From NCBI GenBank assembly GCA_001643675.2, contig LSRY02000039.1, positions 62,001 through 126,000 on the forward strand: 64,000 nucleotides of DNA, in the 5' to 3' direction. This DNA comes from Monocercomonoides exilis PA203 (Eukaryota; Protista; Preaxostyla). Position numbers and translations under genes: made by a program. The notes under the pieces are model-generated. The model was not told where the DNA came from, made no database searches, and worked only from the letters and a program-made list of their open reading frames with translations. Shown one piece after another: positions 12,340-23,095 of this stretch. Numbering within the stretch: position 1 is the stretch's first letter; the number at the start of each line of letters is the position of its first letter.

Positions 12340-15300
12340 TCATTTATTGTTTTCTTTTTCGTTTGTTTTCTTTTCCTTTTCAGATTGGGAACTTGACTCC
12401 ACCATCTCATAGTCAATAGCATCTGATATTGTTATCATAGCAGCCCCGGCTGGAAAGCGCTGGATAAACTCCCTCTTCAGACACAAAAGAGTCGGCCTGA
12501 CGTTCCCTTCTGCAGATAAGCATCCTTTCAAAATCCCCACCATCGAACTTTCCTTAGTTGCATGAATGCTCGGTCTCTCTCCATTCACAATTTTCTGTCC
12601 GGCAACTTCTGCTTCGTATTCCCCAAATGGAATTTGCAGCGTTAAGCATTCCCACAACATCATCCCGATCGAGAATGCTACTGACTCCTTTGTGGCCATC
12701 ATCTTTTTGTTGATCAGCAGCTCTGGTGCCTTCCACCTCAGACACTCTTTTTTGAAATCATCCTCATCTTCAAAGGCAGATGATGGCAGGGAATCATCGT
12801 CATCGTCATCATCATTGGCAGATGTTACAACAGTCGATGAAGAGATGGATGAAGTGTCTGAATCATCTGACGAGCAGTCGGAGTGGAGGGCAATGCAGAT
12901 CACCATGTGCTCTGAGAACAATACAATATGTGGACTCAGATTAGCCAGCGAAGATAATCCGTTTTCCATTTCTTCAAATGAGTGGAGCGCGAGATTAGCC
13001 ACCCAGAACAGGATCTGAGCAGCTGTCTGCTCTCTTTGTTGAAAACTTCCAATTGCCATCTCCTTTGTCTTATTCCTTCCGTGCAGCAGCATGAACAGCG
13101 AATCCCTCAAATCCACAATCAGCTTCTCATGAGGAGATGAACATGCCATGGCATCCACCAGATTCGACATGGATGAAGTGGTGGGGCACAGATCTTCCCC
13201 TCGAACAAATGTTGAATCTGAATCAGTTGTTGATATGGTTGAGGTGGATGAGATGGAAGGTGAAGGCGATCTCTTTCTTGTCTCTTCTTCTTCCTCCTTC
13301 TCATCCGCTTTCTCCAGCATCCATTGAGGGATCTTGTCTGAATCTCTTCCCAAAATATATTCTGTTGAGCCACTCTCACTCAACAAATGCTCTGATGACT
13401 CCGAATGTCCCAAGCTATTCTCATACACCCTCTTCTTTATCCTCTCTTCGTTCTTCTTCTCTGCCTCCCTCTCACCCCTCCTCCACTGCGCCTCAGGTGA
13501 CATCTCCATCGTCACCATCTCAAATGCCTTTGGATCCTTTTTAACAGTATCTTCCACAATTATCTCCAACTCCTTTGTTCGTCTTTTTTGTTTTCTCCAT
13601 CGAACAATAAAGGCAACAGCAACAACAAGAACAATCAAGAACAGAACAACAAATATTACTGCGATTATTAGAGCCCATGATGATTTCACTTCTTTTCCTC
13701 CTTCAGCCAAATTATCATTTCCAGTCTTCGATTCTGTTTTGTTCTTCAGAATAACAAGCTCAGTTGAAGATGGATTAATGGCATCCCCAAATAGAATGCA
13801 GCCGTACACATCTGCAGTGTCTGGTGCATCTGAAATCACAGCTGCTGGTATTTTGGCGATTGTGCTGTTCTCAGACACAAAGCCGTCTTCGTGGAAATAG
13901 TGTCTGTCGATCAGCTCCACATCGCCGATGGCTGTGATGATGCGGAAGGACAGATTGCAGGGGAGGAGCAGGGTTCCTGTGAAGGTCAGCACAGCTTCAT
14001 TGCCTTCTATGTTTGTGTCGATCGCTTGGAGGGTTGGCATGAAAAACGGAGATGGCCTTTCAGCAGCCAGGCCAGACAGAGTGCATCCGTCGCTGAGGAT
14101 CCAAAGAGACGTGTTGTCCTTCAATCCATCACCGCCTTTCAGGCTGACAACATCCAACAGCCCAGAATTGGCACAGATTATATTTCTTCTGGAGGAAGGA
14201 TATTTATTGATTGAGGGATTGTTATTGTAAAACTCTCCCTTTTCAACTGACGCATTGCCACCAAAAATGGATAGGCCTCCATTTGGTGATTTTGATATAA
14301 AAGACTCGTCAATGGAAATGGAGCTGTTTTCTGAGTCAATTAACGAGCCATTCCATTTGCAGATTTCATCTCTACTATTGAATTTGAATAAATTGTGAGA
14401 GCTGTTGTTGGATGCCTTCCCCTCAAACTGACATGATTTAATATTAACTTTAGAACAGTTTGAGAGCACAACCATTTCCCCAAGCTTCATTTCACTTGAA
14501 AGACAATCAGAAAACGTGCAGTTTGACAAACTGAGTTGGTAATTAGGCAAGCGGCAATTGAGACAAGAGGTCAAATCTGATGAAGTTATTTTGGTTAAAT
14601 TGACGAGAGAGAGTTTGATGGAACATTCGTCAATTGTTGGATCCAATAGATAATCATGTTCCATCTCAATGAAAGAACCGCTCTGCACAACGCAATCTGA
14701 TGCTTCCACTTTCTCGATTGATCCATTCATCTTCTTCAGATATATTGAACTTATCGCAGTGTGTATTTTTTCCATCCAGAGCTGTTGTAGTTGAATCCTT
14801 CCTCCTTCACACTCAACGGTTCTCGTGCAATTCAGATTCTTCATCTTTATTTCCTCCAAAATGAGCACTCCATGTGTAGCTGAAATAAGTTTCGGAACAA
14901 CTGGTGCTCTATCTGCTTCCCCGCAGAATTCACACGAAACAAGTGAAACTTGCCCAGAAGTGATGAAAAATAGGGATGAATGCAGCAATGTGGAGTCAGC
15001 TGCCAATTTGAAGCTCACACTTTCTATCAGAACATTATCCACAATGAAAATTACGTATTCGCGAGTCTTGCTCAGAGATTGTCCAAATGTCACGTTGACC
15101 TTCTCTCTTCCAAGTGATTTCACCTCCATCTTCGCAAAGTCGCACTCCCGCTCGATCTCACTGCATCCATCAATCAGTAGTCGTGCTGCATAATCAATTA
15201 TCATATGCTCCAGCCCTTGTCCCACAGTCACGCATGGATGATCCACTTTCCCGCATTGCCGTCCATTTGTTCCGTTCTTCTCTGCCAAAGATGACACAAT

Positions 15301-18300
15301 GATTGTGCTCTGCTGGTATATTGTCACAAACTCTATCAGATCCACCGGAACATAATTTTTCTCGTCAATCCCGTAGATCGCGTCAAATCTGTTGTATACC
15401 TCCGGGCGCAGATCTAGCAAAAATTGAGTTTCATTGATTTGCTCTGCAATCTTCCAGCACTCCACAAACACATCTCTTCCTTTCCATGCACCATTCCCTC
15501 TGAATTCGCATCCTTTGAATATAAAATTCAGCGACGCTTGCCCCTCAGCCTTCACATACACTCCGCCGCCTCTTCCAATCGTGGGGGAGCAGCCACAATT
15601 AGTAATTTTGCTGTTGTTCATTTCAAACCTCCCGCTGCTCCCCAGCATCATCAGCACAACTCCTCCTTTTTCTGACATCTCCGATCGGCACATGTCAAAC
15701 TCCGAGCCATTTATCGCCAGCACCCACGAGCTCATAAAACAGCTTCCAAATACGCTTGCTCCATTGAACGATGCAGTTACTCTTTTAAAAACACTCCCAT
15801 TCATCTCAATTGTTGGCTGTTCATTCCTTTCTGATGTACTTCCATCCACATATTGAATTATCCCTCCGTTGGCTGTCACATTCTCCATAGAGATGTCCTT
15901 CAACACACAGCAGCATCCGCTCCAGATTTCAAATAGAACAGCCTCAAAAACTGAGCTACACATATCGAAACCACAAATTTCCAAAGATCCGCTCTTAATT
16001 GTTGCAAATATCATATCAGAGAAGTGTGCTGAATTGGACGAACTTAGAGAACAGTCTGATATTGACAAAGCTCCGCTTTTGCTGCACATGACAGTGCATA
16101 CGGTATCTGCCAGCGTTGAGTCAAGAAATATATCAATAGATGTGAATGACAAACTCCAAGAAGTTGAGAAGTATCCTTCTGTAATCTCTTCAATATATGG
16201 TTTCTTCAGGATAAGTTTGGCCTTTTCCAATTCTTCTAAGTCTGTTTGAACGGCTGCAATAGAAAAGTTAGATAGCTCAAAGGCGTTTTCCAAAATTGAC
16301 GAATGTTCAATAAACAATTCCTTCGTTTCTGCATTCGTGTCTATTTGCTTCATTCCTTTCCAGAATGTTTCACATGGATCGTTTTCCTTTCCGCATCGCT
16401 TCACATCGCTTCCTCTACTCGATACATAAATCATATTCGAACTGTACTTGATCAAAAACCTCAGCAAGTCAGTATTTTCAAACCTGCTATCTGTCCCAAC
16501 AAATGCATTTCCATCATCTGCAAACGGCAAATAATTAAAGCAAAATGTTGTATTTGTTACAGATTCGTTAAATTCCTCCGCTCTAATAAAAAGATTCGAT
16601 CCAGCAAACGCTCTGTTATCGAAAAACGTTGCGTCCTTCAGTGTAAATGGCTGGATACTGCTTGCTGAAAGGCTGTCAATAAACATAAAGCCTCCAAATC
16701 CAGAGGATTCTGAACAAGCACATATTGTCATTTCACATTTCTGCAAAGAAAGTGTCTGAGTTGATGAAAGATAACATGCAACAGCACCTCCTTCTAAGTT
16801 ATTTGGAGTTTCTATTCCGCTGAACGTGCATTCTGTTGCAGAAAACGATGACTTTATCAAAAATGGTACAGCAGCAAAGCTCTTCGCATCCACAATGCAC
16901 AAACTCAGGTGTACAAATCCTCCAACAGAATGAATCAGATAATACTGGCATTCAACATTTGAACTTGAAGGATGAGCAACAGCAGCAGAAGAAGAATCAA
17001 AAGCGAAGGAACAGTTATTAATAGAAAGACCTTTTTCTGAAGAAGGAGTCGACAAAAGCAGCCCAGCTTGCCCAGAACTGAAGAAAGATGGAAGAGAGAA
17101 AACGATACGCTCAAAATCCAAGTTATCACAACTCACAAAAACAGCTTCAGAAAAGTTCTCAGAAATTGATGAAGAAATGGAGAGTGTGCTTTTTTTACTA
17201 ATGTCAGGTGAAGTAATCGAAAACGATGATAAATCATACAAATGGTCTACACGCGCTCCTTCAGAAATACATATCCTCTTTTGAAAAGCATCCACCTGGA
17301 TGTTCCGAAAGCCTCTCCAAAATGAGCTACAAGGATAATGTTCGTTTCCACATCCAGTCATATCGTACCCACTTGGGGACACTTGCACAGTTGGTGAATG
17401 ATATTGAACCAAAAACAAATAAAGATCATGCACAGACTCACAGAAATAATTCCGATCATATCCCATCATCTCAGCCACCCTCTCTCCTGTCTCGTTTATC
17501 AGCTTCATCTGAAAAGTGGTTGTGGTAACTGTCACATTCAGATTGTCACAAACCAAAAACATATCCTTTCCAAGCTCTGCTGAATTGCTAATGAATGTAA
17601 TATCTCCAAAGAGGCAATCGCTACTCGTTCCTTCTGGTAGCAAAAGATAAACCCCTCCACCTTTTCCAGTGTTTTCATTCATTCCGCTGTTCGTGATGCT
17701 CGCATTTGTCACTGAAAATCGTCCAGTTACAGTGAGACTGCACCTCACAGCTCCTCCTTCACTTGCTCCTGACTTGCAGTTATCGAAAATACATCCATCA
17801 GCAACCTCAACTTTTTCGCAATTAGTAACATTCACCAGAGAGCTATCTGCCTTTACAAATGTCAATTCGGAGCTTTCAATTTGCACACTCCCTCCGCTCA
17901 AAGAGATTATCCCGCTACCACCAGAAAACGCAACGTTGCTGAGTAGCACTTTCGTCACTTGAATGTATCCCTCTTTCCCTCTGATGATCCACATGTTTGT
18001 CTGTTCTTCCTCCGCAGATGTTCCGCCGAGCTGGCAGTTATCGATATACAGCTTTCCTCCATCAACTGATATCAATTCTTCAACGCTTGATGTTAATGGC
18101 AAACCGAACTTCAAGCACGAGAGCATCAGCGATACAGAGCTTGTCTCCATTTTCAAAACAAGTCCTCCATCTGCTTCAACCAAAAACAAGGATTTGCTCG
18201 TAAAAGACTGCCCGCGTATCGTCAGAGAAAATCCGTTTCGATCCAAAATCTCTCTCAAACAGCACGAGTCAACAACGCGGATCGTTGTCTGATCCGTTCT

Positions 18301-21300
18301 CATCTTATTGAATCCAAACATTAGGTCCATGCACGGTTCTTGATCATCTCCACATCTCCCATCACTGCTTCCTCCACTCGAAATGTACACTGTATTCAGA
18401 ATTGGAGGAAACAGATAATAAAGCACTGAGCGATTGATTACAGCATTTGTCTCAGAATCCACCACCCATTTGTTCGCTTCTTCCTCGTCTTCAAATGCAG
18501 ATCCTTCCCACTGCTGGTTCGTTATAGCATCCCGTGGTGAAGGGCACACAAGAAATACATCCTTTCCCCACCAAGCTTTGTTTCCCTCAAACAAGATCTG
18601 CTTCATTGCATACTTCACCCCACTTTCTCCGAGCTTCAAATAAATCCCCCCTCCAACTCCAACATTTTCATTCACGCAACATCCTTTCACAGTGTTATTC
18701 GACATGATTAACGTCCCACCAGTTTCCACATCCATATTCAATCCTCCACCGAATGCATTCTCTGTCTCTTTGCAAACACATTGCTCCAATGTGCAGTTCC
18801 ACACATTCATGGTTTTTCCTCCTTTTATCACTCCCTCAAATGACCCTCCGTTCCCATGATTTCTCTGTACGCTTTTGAATGTCGAACTATTCACGTTTAT
18901 TATTGCTGAACCGATAACCTCAATAAAGCTGCTTTCTTCTTGCGTCATTCCGTTAACCTGCGAATTCCTTATTTCTAACAATGCTCCTTCGCACGCTTTA
19001 ATTGCTGCATTCACAGATTGCGTTGAGATGTTCATCCAATCTAAATTTTCGCAGATGCAGCTCGCTTCGCTTCCTTCAATTACAAGCAATGAACGAGTGC
19101 TGAACGTCAATCCATTCAGCGCAAATTGTCTAAAACTCATGCAGCCTTTCGATACAATGCAAATTGATATGCCAATTAGATTCGACTCAGAGGCAAAAGA
19201 GCAATCTGTCAATGTCAGGTTCTTCTCACAACAATGAAAAACAGATTTACAATCAACAGCAGATGATGAAGGAAGCAAAAAGCACATCCCACTAAACGAG
19301 CAGTCTTTGCTTGTTCTGATGATGCTCTCGCCTGTGCTGCTAATATCTTCGCAAATCTTAACTTGAGTGCCTATCTGCTCCACCATAAATGTGGTTGGTT
19401 GTTCATCAATTACAAGTGCTCGTTCAAATGCAAACGGTGGAAGAAGATAAAACTGCCTTTCTCTGTTTCCAAATCGAAGCGGAATCGCATATTCCATGGA
19501 AGCACAAGCGCTATCCGAAAAACCACAGCCAGAGTAATCATGACCATCACTTCCAGCAACATATACAGTTCCATTAAATGCTCTAAGATATGTGACTAAA
19601 GGAATAGAAAACGACTCTGCAGTTGTTGATCGTTCGAATCCTTCCATTGCCCGAAAGTCTGATTCGTTGAAGTCAATTTCAAAATTTTCCTTCGTAACAA
19701 TTTGCGATAGATTATATCCGTCCACAAAAATGTTGTTTCCTTTTGAAGCAGAACATTCAGAAAAAGTTGTTCCCTTAAGTCCAAGATCTGCTCCATTGAT
19801 ATCCTCAACATACAAATAAATACCCCCGCCTAATCCTCCGCTTCCTCCCCCTGTTTGAGATGTGCATGAAATTAATGAAGTTCCAACTCCCCCGTTCTCG
19901 GTCTGAATTATCTTAATCGAAGAATCTGCTTTCGTTCTCAGTGCCATTCCCCCACCGTTTCCGCTGCCTGTGACGCATCCATTCATCGATCCTCCTTTAA
20001 TTTGCAAGCTTTTCCCTGTACCAACAACACCTTCGATTCCTCCTCCGCTCCCACTTTGCCTCAGCACATTCAAAAATGTCGAGTTATCGATCACTAAATC
20101 GCATCCTTCTGAGAAAGTGATAGCTGCTTTTGAGGCAAAGACGATAGGATTAATGGTTGTCCCCTCAATATTTGCACTTCCTCCTCTCAACACAAAAAGC
20201 GACTCTTTAAGTGGGTTTGATTCCGTGTTTCCAGAGTCAACAGAAATATTGCAATTTTGCAAAGTCATTGTTCCTGTCGAAGAGAGCAAAAAAAGAGAAA
20301 TTGTCTTCGACGATTTTTCTGTGTCATGGACAATGTCGAAAGAAGAGATTTTCAGAGATCCTGTAGAAACAGCAAACAAAGCGCCAGAAGATATCGATGA
20401 AACGACTGTGACCTTACCATTTCCAGCATTATTAAATTCAATTCTTGCTGATTCGATTTCGTAATTGTTCACAGAATACGATGAGGGGTCAACTGAAATA
20501 ACTGTAGGAGAGTTTTTTGTAAGATCAATGACATTTCTTGTGAAAGAAATTGTTTGGCACTTTCTCAGGTTCAATCCGCACGCACGTTTGTCGATTCCTT
20601 CTTCGTAATTCACTTTTATTTCTTCAAAATATCCGAATTTCACCCATCCGCTCACATCGCTCGTGTCATTCATTATTCTTTGTGCTTTGTCTGTCATTGT
20701 CCGACACTCAACAAACCATTCAGGAGCAAATATCTTGGTCCAATTTTGGAGAATTCCAACGTCGTGTGCTCCAAGCGTTGCTGTGTTGTTGTCAAAGAAA
20801 CAGAATTTGATAGATGCTGAATCAAATGTGTGATTTCCACCATCACTCGAAAAGAGAACTGCGCCTCCTTTTTGACTCGTTGAGCAATTCAAGAATTCGC
20901 AATCAGATATGGCTATTATTTCCGAGTCACCGATCCATATTGCACCCCCGCCATATACGCCGGATGAACCAATTTCTGAACAATTATGAAAGAAGCACTG
21001 AAATATTTTGCTTGGAGAACCATAATTTAAGTGCAATGCTCCTCCGTCACGATACGCAGTCGAATTGTGAAAGGTGCATTTCGTTATTAAATCATTGGAT
21101 ATTCTATTGCAGCAAATTGACCCACCACAGCGCGAAAGATCAAAACAATTATCAAAATTCGATTCAGTGACTGAAAAATTCAAAACTCTCTCTATGTTTA
21201 TTGGTACATTTGAACAATTAACAAACGTACACTTATCAATCGTAACATTTGTTGAATTGAATATGTTTAGTGCAATTGCCCCAGTAACTGAAAATAAGCA

Positions 21301-22164
21301 ATCTTCAAATTGAATTGTGTTGTTTGCAGTTAAAATTTGTGGATCTGTGAATGTTTGAGCATACCCTGCTTCATAATAATGAGAAAAAGTGCAATTTTGA
21401 GCAATAAATCCGTCCGTTGAATGTATTCCATCTGTTAATCCACCGTCAAACGGAGCTGTAACCTCATTGAAAATGCAATTATGCATCTTCATAAAACTTG
21501 GAGGAGAAATAAAATGGTTATCGCTTTCAATGCAAGATGAAACATTTTGAAAATCGCACGAATCCATTGAAACACGTTGCCCCAAAAAATTTCCAAGAAG
21601 AGGAGAAGAGGATGAAAACGAAAAAGACGAAAACGAAGATTGAGCCACAAAAATTAAGTTATGACAAAGTTCGGCAGAAGGACAAGAAGAAGGAGACGAT
21701 GACATAAAAGTTGGAGCAAGACGAGGTCCCATTGAAAATTCGAGACTTATATTTCTCAGCTGAAAGCATCCACTAGAAGAACAAAACAACGATTCTTGTC
21801 CTTTTCCTGAAGGAACAATGACTGACGAAACAATAGAAAGAATGGAGTCTGTGTGTGTAATAGCTATCGCTTTTGCTGCGGATGCTCTGATCTCGAGATA
21901 TTTCAGTTCAATCGAAGAATTGCTTATTTTAAACAGCGAACGAAGTTCTGAGTGTCCATCAGGGGAGATGCAATTATAAAATGAGGGAGCAACATGCGCG
22001 CATTTGTTTAATTTTTCTGAATTTAATTGGACTTTGCAAAATGACAATTCCTGCAAAGTCTTTAAACATCGTAATTCAGCCGTTTCATCAAGTTTTTCAT
22101 GAATTGATCCGAGTGCTAAATAAAATATGAGTAGCCAAGCAACAAACGTTCCCCGAATCAGCAT
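12340..22164 (-). CDS. Giant type-I surface receptor, 3274 aa: signal peptide, Cys-rich beta-helix/Pmp-like ectodomain, one TM, C-lobe-only TKL-type pseudokinase
   Basis: Uninterrupted ORF with signal MLIRGTFVAWLLIFYLALG. Repeated FxNC...GGA(I/L/V) and G-x-D-x3-CG-x4-(P)C motifs. TM is WALIIAVIFVVLFLIVLVVAVAFIV followed by RWRK. CLRWKAPELL, FSIGMMLWECLTLQIPF and GERP match kinase subdomains VIII-XI; no GxGxxG, VAxK, HRD or DFG. Confidence 0.88.
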   Translation of the reverse strand: MLIRGTFVAWLLIFYLALGSIHEKLDETAELRCLKTLQELSFCKVQLNSEKLNKCAHVAPSFYNCISPDGHSELRSLFKISNSSIELKYLEIRASAAKAIAITHTDSILSIVSSVIVPSGKGQESLFCSSSGCFQLRNISLEFSMGPRLAPTFMSSSPSSCPSAELCHNLIFVAQSSFSSFSFSSSSPLLGNFLGQRVSMDSCDFQNVSSCIESDNHFISPPSFMKMHNCIFNEVTAPFDGGLTDGIHSTDGFIAQNCTFSHYYEAGYAQTFTDPQILTANNTIQFEDCLFSVTGAIALNIFNSTNVTIDKCTFVNCSNVPINIERVLNFSVTESNFDNCFDLSRCGGSICCNRISNDLITKCTFHNSTAYRDGGALHLNYGSPSKIFQCFFHNCSEIGSSGVYGGGAIWIGDSEIIAISDCEFLNCSTSQKGGAVLFSSDGGNHTFDSASIKFCFFDNNTATLGAHDVGILQNWTKIFAPEWFVECRTMTDKAQRIMNDTSDVSGWVKFGYFEEIKVNYEEGIDKRACGLNLRKCQTISFTRNVIDLTKNSPTVISVDPSSYSVNNYEIESARIEFNNAGNGKVTVVSSISSGALFAVSTGSLKISSFDIVHDTEKSSKTISLFLLSSTGTMTLQNCNISVDSGNTESNPLKESLFVLRGGSANIEGTTINPIVFASKAAITFSEGCDLVIDNSTFLNVLRQSGSGGGIEGVVGTGKSLQIKGGSMNGCVTGSGNGGGMALRTKADSSIKIIQTENGGVGTSLISCTSQTGGGSGGLGGGIYLYVEDINGADLGLKGTTFSECSASKGNNIFVDGYNLSQIVTKENFEIDFNESDFRAMEGFERSTTAESFSIPLVTYLRAFNGTVYVAGSDGHDYSGCGFSDSACASMEYAIPLRFGNRERQFYLLPPFAFERALVIDEQPTTFMVEQIGTQVKICEDISSTGESIIRTSKDCSFSGMCFLLPSSSAVDCKSVFHCCEKNLTLTDCSFASESNLIGISICIVSKGCMSFRQFALNGLTFSTRSLLVIEGSEASCICENLDWMNISTQSVNAAIKACEGALLEIRNSQVNGMTQEESSFIEVIGSAIINVNSSTFKSVQRNHGNGGSFEGVIKGGKTMNVWNCTLEQCVCKETENAFGGGLNMDVETGGTLIMSNNTVKGCCVNENVGVGGGIYLKLGESGVKYAMKQILFEGNKAWWGKDVFLVCPSPRDAITNQQWEGSAFEDEEEANKWVVDSETNAVINRSVLYYLFPPILNTVYISSGGSSDGRCGDDQEPCMDLMFGFNKMRTDQTTIRVVDSCCLREILDRNGFSLTIRGQSFTSKSLFLVEADGGLVLKMETSSVSLMLSCLKFGLPLTSSVEELISVDGGKLYIDNCQLGGTSAEEEQTNMWIIRGKEGYIQVTKVLLSNVAFSGGSGIISLSGGSVQIESSELTFVKADSSLVNVTNCEKVEVADGCIFDNCKSGASEGGAVRCSLTVTGRFSVTNASITNSGMNENTGKGGGVYLLLPEGTSSDCLFGDITFISNSAELGKDMFLVCDNLNVTVTTTTFQMKLINETGERVAEMMGYDRNYFCESVHDLYLFLVQYHSPTVQVSPSGYDMTGCGNEHYPCSSFWRGFRNIQVDAFQKRICISEGARVDHLYDLSSFSITSPDISKKSTLSISSSISENFSEAVFVSCDNLDFERIVFSLPSFFSSGQAGLLLSTPSSEKGLSINNCSFAFDSSSAAVAHPSSSNVECQYYLIHSVGGFVHLSLCIVDAKSFAAVPFLIKSSFSATECTFSGIETPNNLEGGAVACYLSSTQTLSLQKCEMTICACSESSGFGGFMFIDSLSASSIQPFTLKDATFFDNRAFAGSNLFIRAEEFNESVTNTTFCFNYLPFADDGNAFVGTDSRFENTDLLRFLIKYSSNMIYVSSRGSDVKRCGKENDPCETFWKGMKQIDTNAETKELFIEHSSILENAFELSNFSIAAVQTDLEELEKAKLILKKPYIEEITEGYFSTSWSLSFTSIDIFLDSTLADTVCTVMCSKSGALSISDCSLSSSNSAHFSDMIFATIKSGSLEICGFDMCSSVFEAVLFEIWSGCCCVLKDISMENVTANGGIIQYVDGSTSERNEQPTIEMNGSVFKRVTASFNGASVFGSCFMSSWVLAINGSEFDMCRSEMSEKGGVVLMMLGSSGRFEMNNSKITNCGCSPTIGRGGGVYVKAEGQASLNFIFKGCEFRGNGAWKGRDVFVECWKIAEQINETQFLLDLRPEVYNRFDAIYGIDEKNYVPVDLIEFVTIYQQSTIIVSSLAEKNGTNGRQCGKVDHPCVTVGQGLEHMIIDYAARLLIDGCSEIERECDFAKMEVKSLGREKVNVTFGQSLSKTREYVIFIVDNVLIESVSFKLAADSTLLHSSLFFITSGQVSLVSCEFCGEADRAPVVPKLISATHGVLILEEIKMKNLNCTRTVECEGGRIQLQQLWMEKIHTAISSIYLKKMNGSIEKVEASDCVVQSGSFIEMEHDYLLDPTIDECSIKLSLVNLTKITSSDLTSCLNCRLPNYQLSLSNCTFSDCLSSEMKLGEMVVLSNCSKVNIKSCQFEGKASNNSSHNLFKFNSRDEICKWNGSLIDSENSSISIDESFISKSPNGGLSIFGGNASVEKGEFYNNNPSINKYPSSRRNIICANSGLLDVVSLKGGDGLKDNTSLWILSDGCTLSGLAAERPSPFFMPTLQAIDTNIEGNEAVLTFTGTLLLPCNLSFRIITAIGDVELIDRHYFHEDGFVSENSTIAKIPAAVISDAPDTADVYGCILFGDAINPSSTELVILKNKTESKTGNDNLAEGGKEVKSSWALIIAVIFVVLFLIVLVVAVAFIVRWRKQKRRTKELEIIVEDTVKKDPKAFEMVTMEMSPEAQWRRGEREAEKKNEERIKKRVYENSLGHSESSEHLLSESGSTEYILGRDSDKIPQWMLEKADEKEEEEETRKRSPSPSISSTSTISTTDSDSTFVRGEDLCPTTSSMSNLVDAMACSSPHEKLIVDLRDSLFMLLHGRNKTKEMAIGSFQQREQTAAQILFWVANLALHSFEEMENGLSSLANLSPHIVLFSEHMVICIALHSDCSSDDSDTSSISSSTVVTSANDDDDDDDSLPSSAFEDEDDFKKECLRWKAPELLINKKMMATKESVAFSIGMMLWECLTLQIPFGEYEAEVAGQKIVNGERPSIHATKESSMVGILKGCLSAEGNVRPTLLCLKREFIQRFPAGAAMITISDAIDYEMVESSSQSEKEKKTNEKENNK

Positions 22165-22250
22165 TTATGGCAACAAATAGCCGATTCTATGAAGATAATT
22201 GTTAATTTAAATTTTTTGAACCCATAAATTTATTAAAAATTTCTGGATAA

Positions 22251-22794
22251 ATGTTTTCTTTGATATTCATTTTGCTACAAAGCTGCTTTTGTGCTCTAGT
22301 GTTCACTGGTAATAAAACATTCGATGACATGGTTATGGAAGAGCACACACTTATTATTGGAAATCCGATGGGAGCAGATGTTCAAATTATGAAGTCTTTT
22401 TTTCAACAAGTTCAAGCGAAGGCCGAGATTGTTGATCCTGAATCTCTTGTTTGCATTTATTTTGTTTGATTTTAATAAATATTGTCGTTCAGGGGCACAC
22501 TCAATACACATTGCGCTCTCTCCTTCAAAATTGGGAACCACACTATGGGGTTTGGCAAGTGTATCCTGCTGTTATATGCGAGGCTCGTTACATAGGTGGT
22601 CTTAGAGGTTCGAGATTAGTTTTGTTTAATGAAATTTCTGCTTTATCTATTTTTAAACGTGCTATTATTTATAAATTGCCACAAAAGAGGTTCAAAGGTA
22701 TTACCAAACAGGAGAATTGAAAGATATTGCAATGATGAAGAAAAAAGTTGGAGTTCAATGTTTTCATGATGATACAAAAAAGGAAGAACTTTAA
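22251..22794 (+). CDS. Secretory-pathway (probably ER-retained) glutaredoxin-fold protein lacking the active-site cysteines, 139 aa; exons 22251-22448, 22493-22607, 22688-22794
   Basis: In-frame splicing gives signal peptide MFSLIFILLQSCFCA, the Grx C-terminal signature VYPAVICEARYIGGLREVQRYYQTGELKDI, and the C-terminus DDTKKEEL-stop. Confidence 0.72.
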
Positions 22795-23095
22795 TTTTGT
22801 AAAATGTTTTTTTACTTGCGTTTTTTCAAACTGAATTGAATTGTAATTATTTTTATTAAAAATGAAAACTAAATAATGAAATTGAAAATTTTTAATTAAT
22901 AAAGATTTCACCGACGGAACATCTACAATAGAGAACAAACAACAGGAATAAATCAGCAAAAATTTCAAAAATTCAATAATAATAAACACACAACAGAAAA
23001 CAGAAAAGTTTGGAAAATATTTACAGACAACTCATATATCATTAAATAATGTCTTAATCATATACAAAAGAAAGAAGTCCTAATCAATTATTAAC

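Noticed and set aside
12566-21313. Long antisense ORFs inside the giant receptor genes (also 36921-45019)
   Set aside because: Explained by the codon bias of the sense ORF; their similarity between loci just mirrors the conserved tail.
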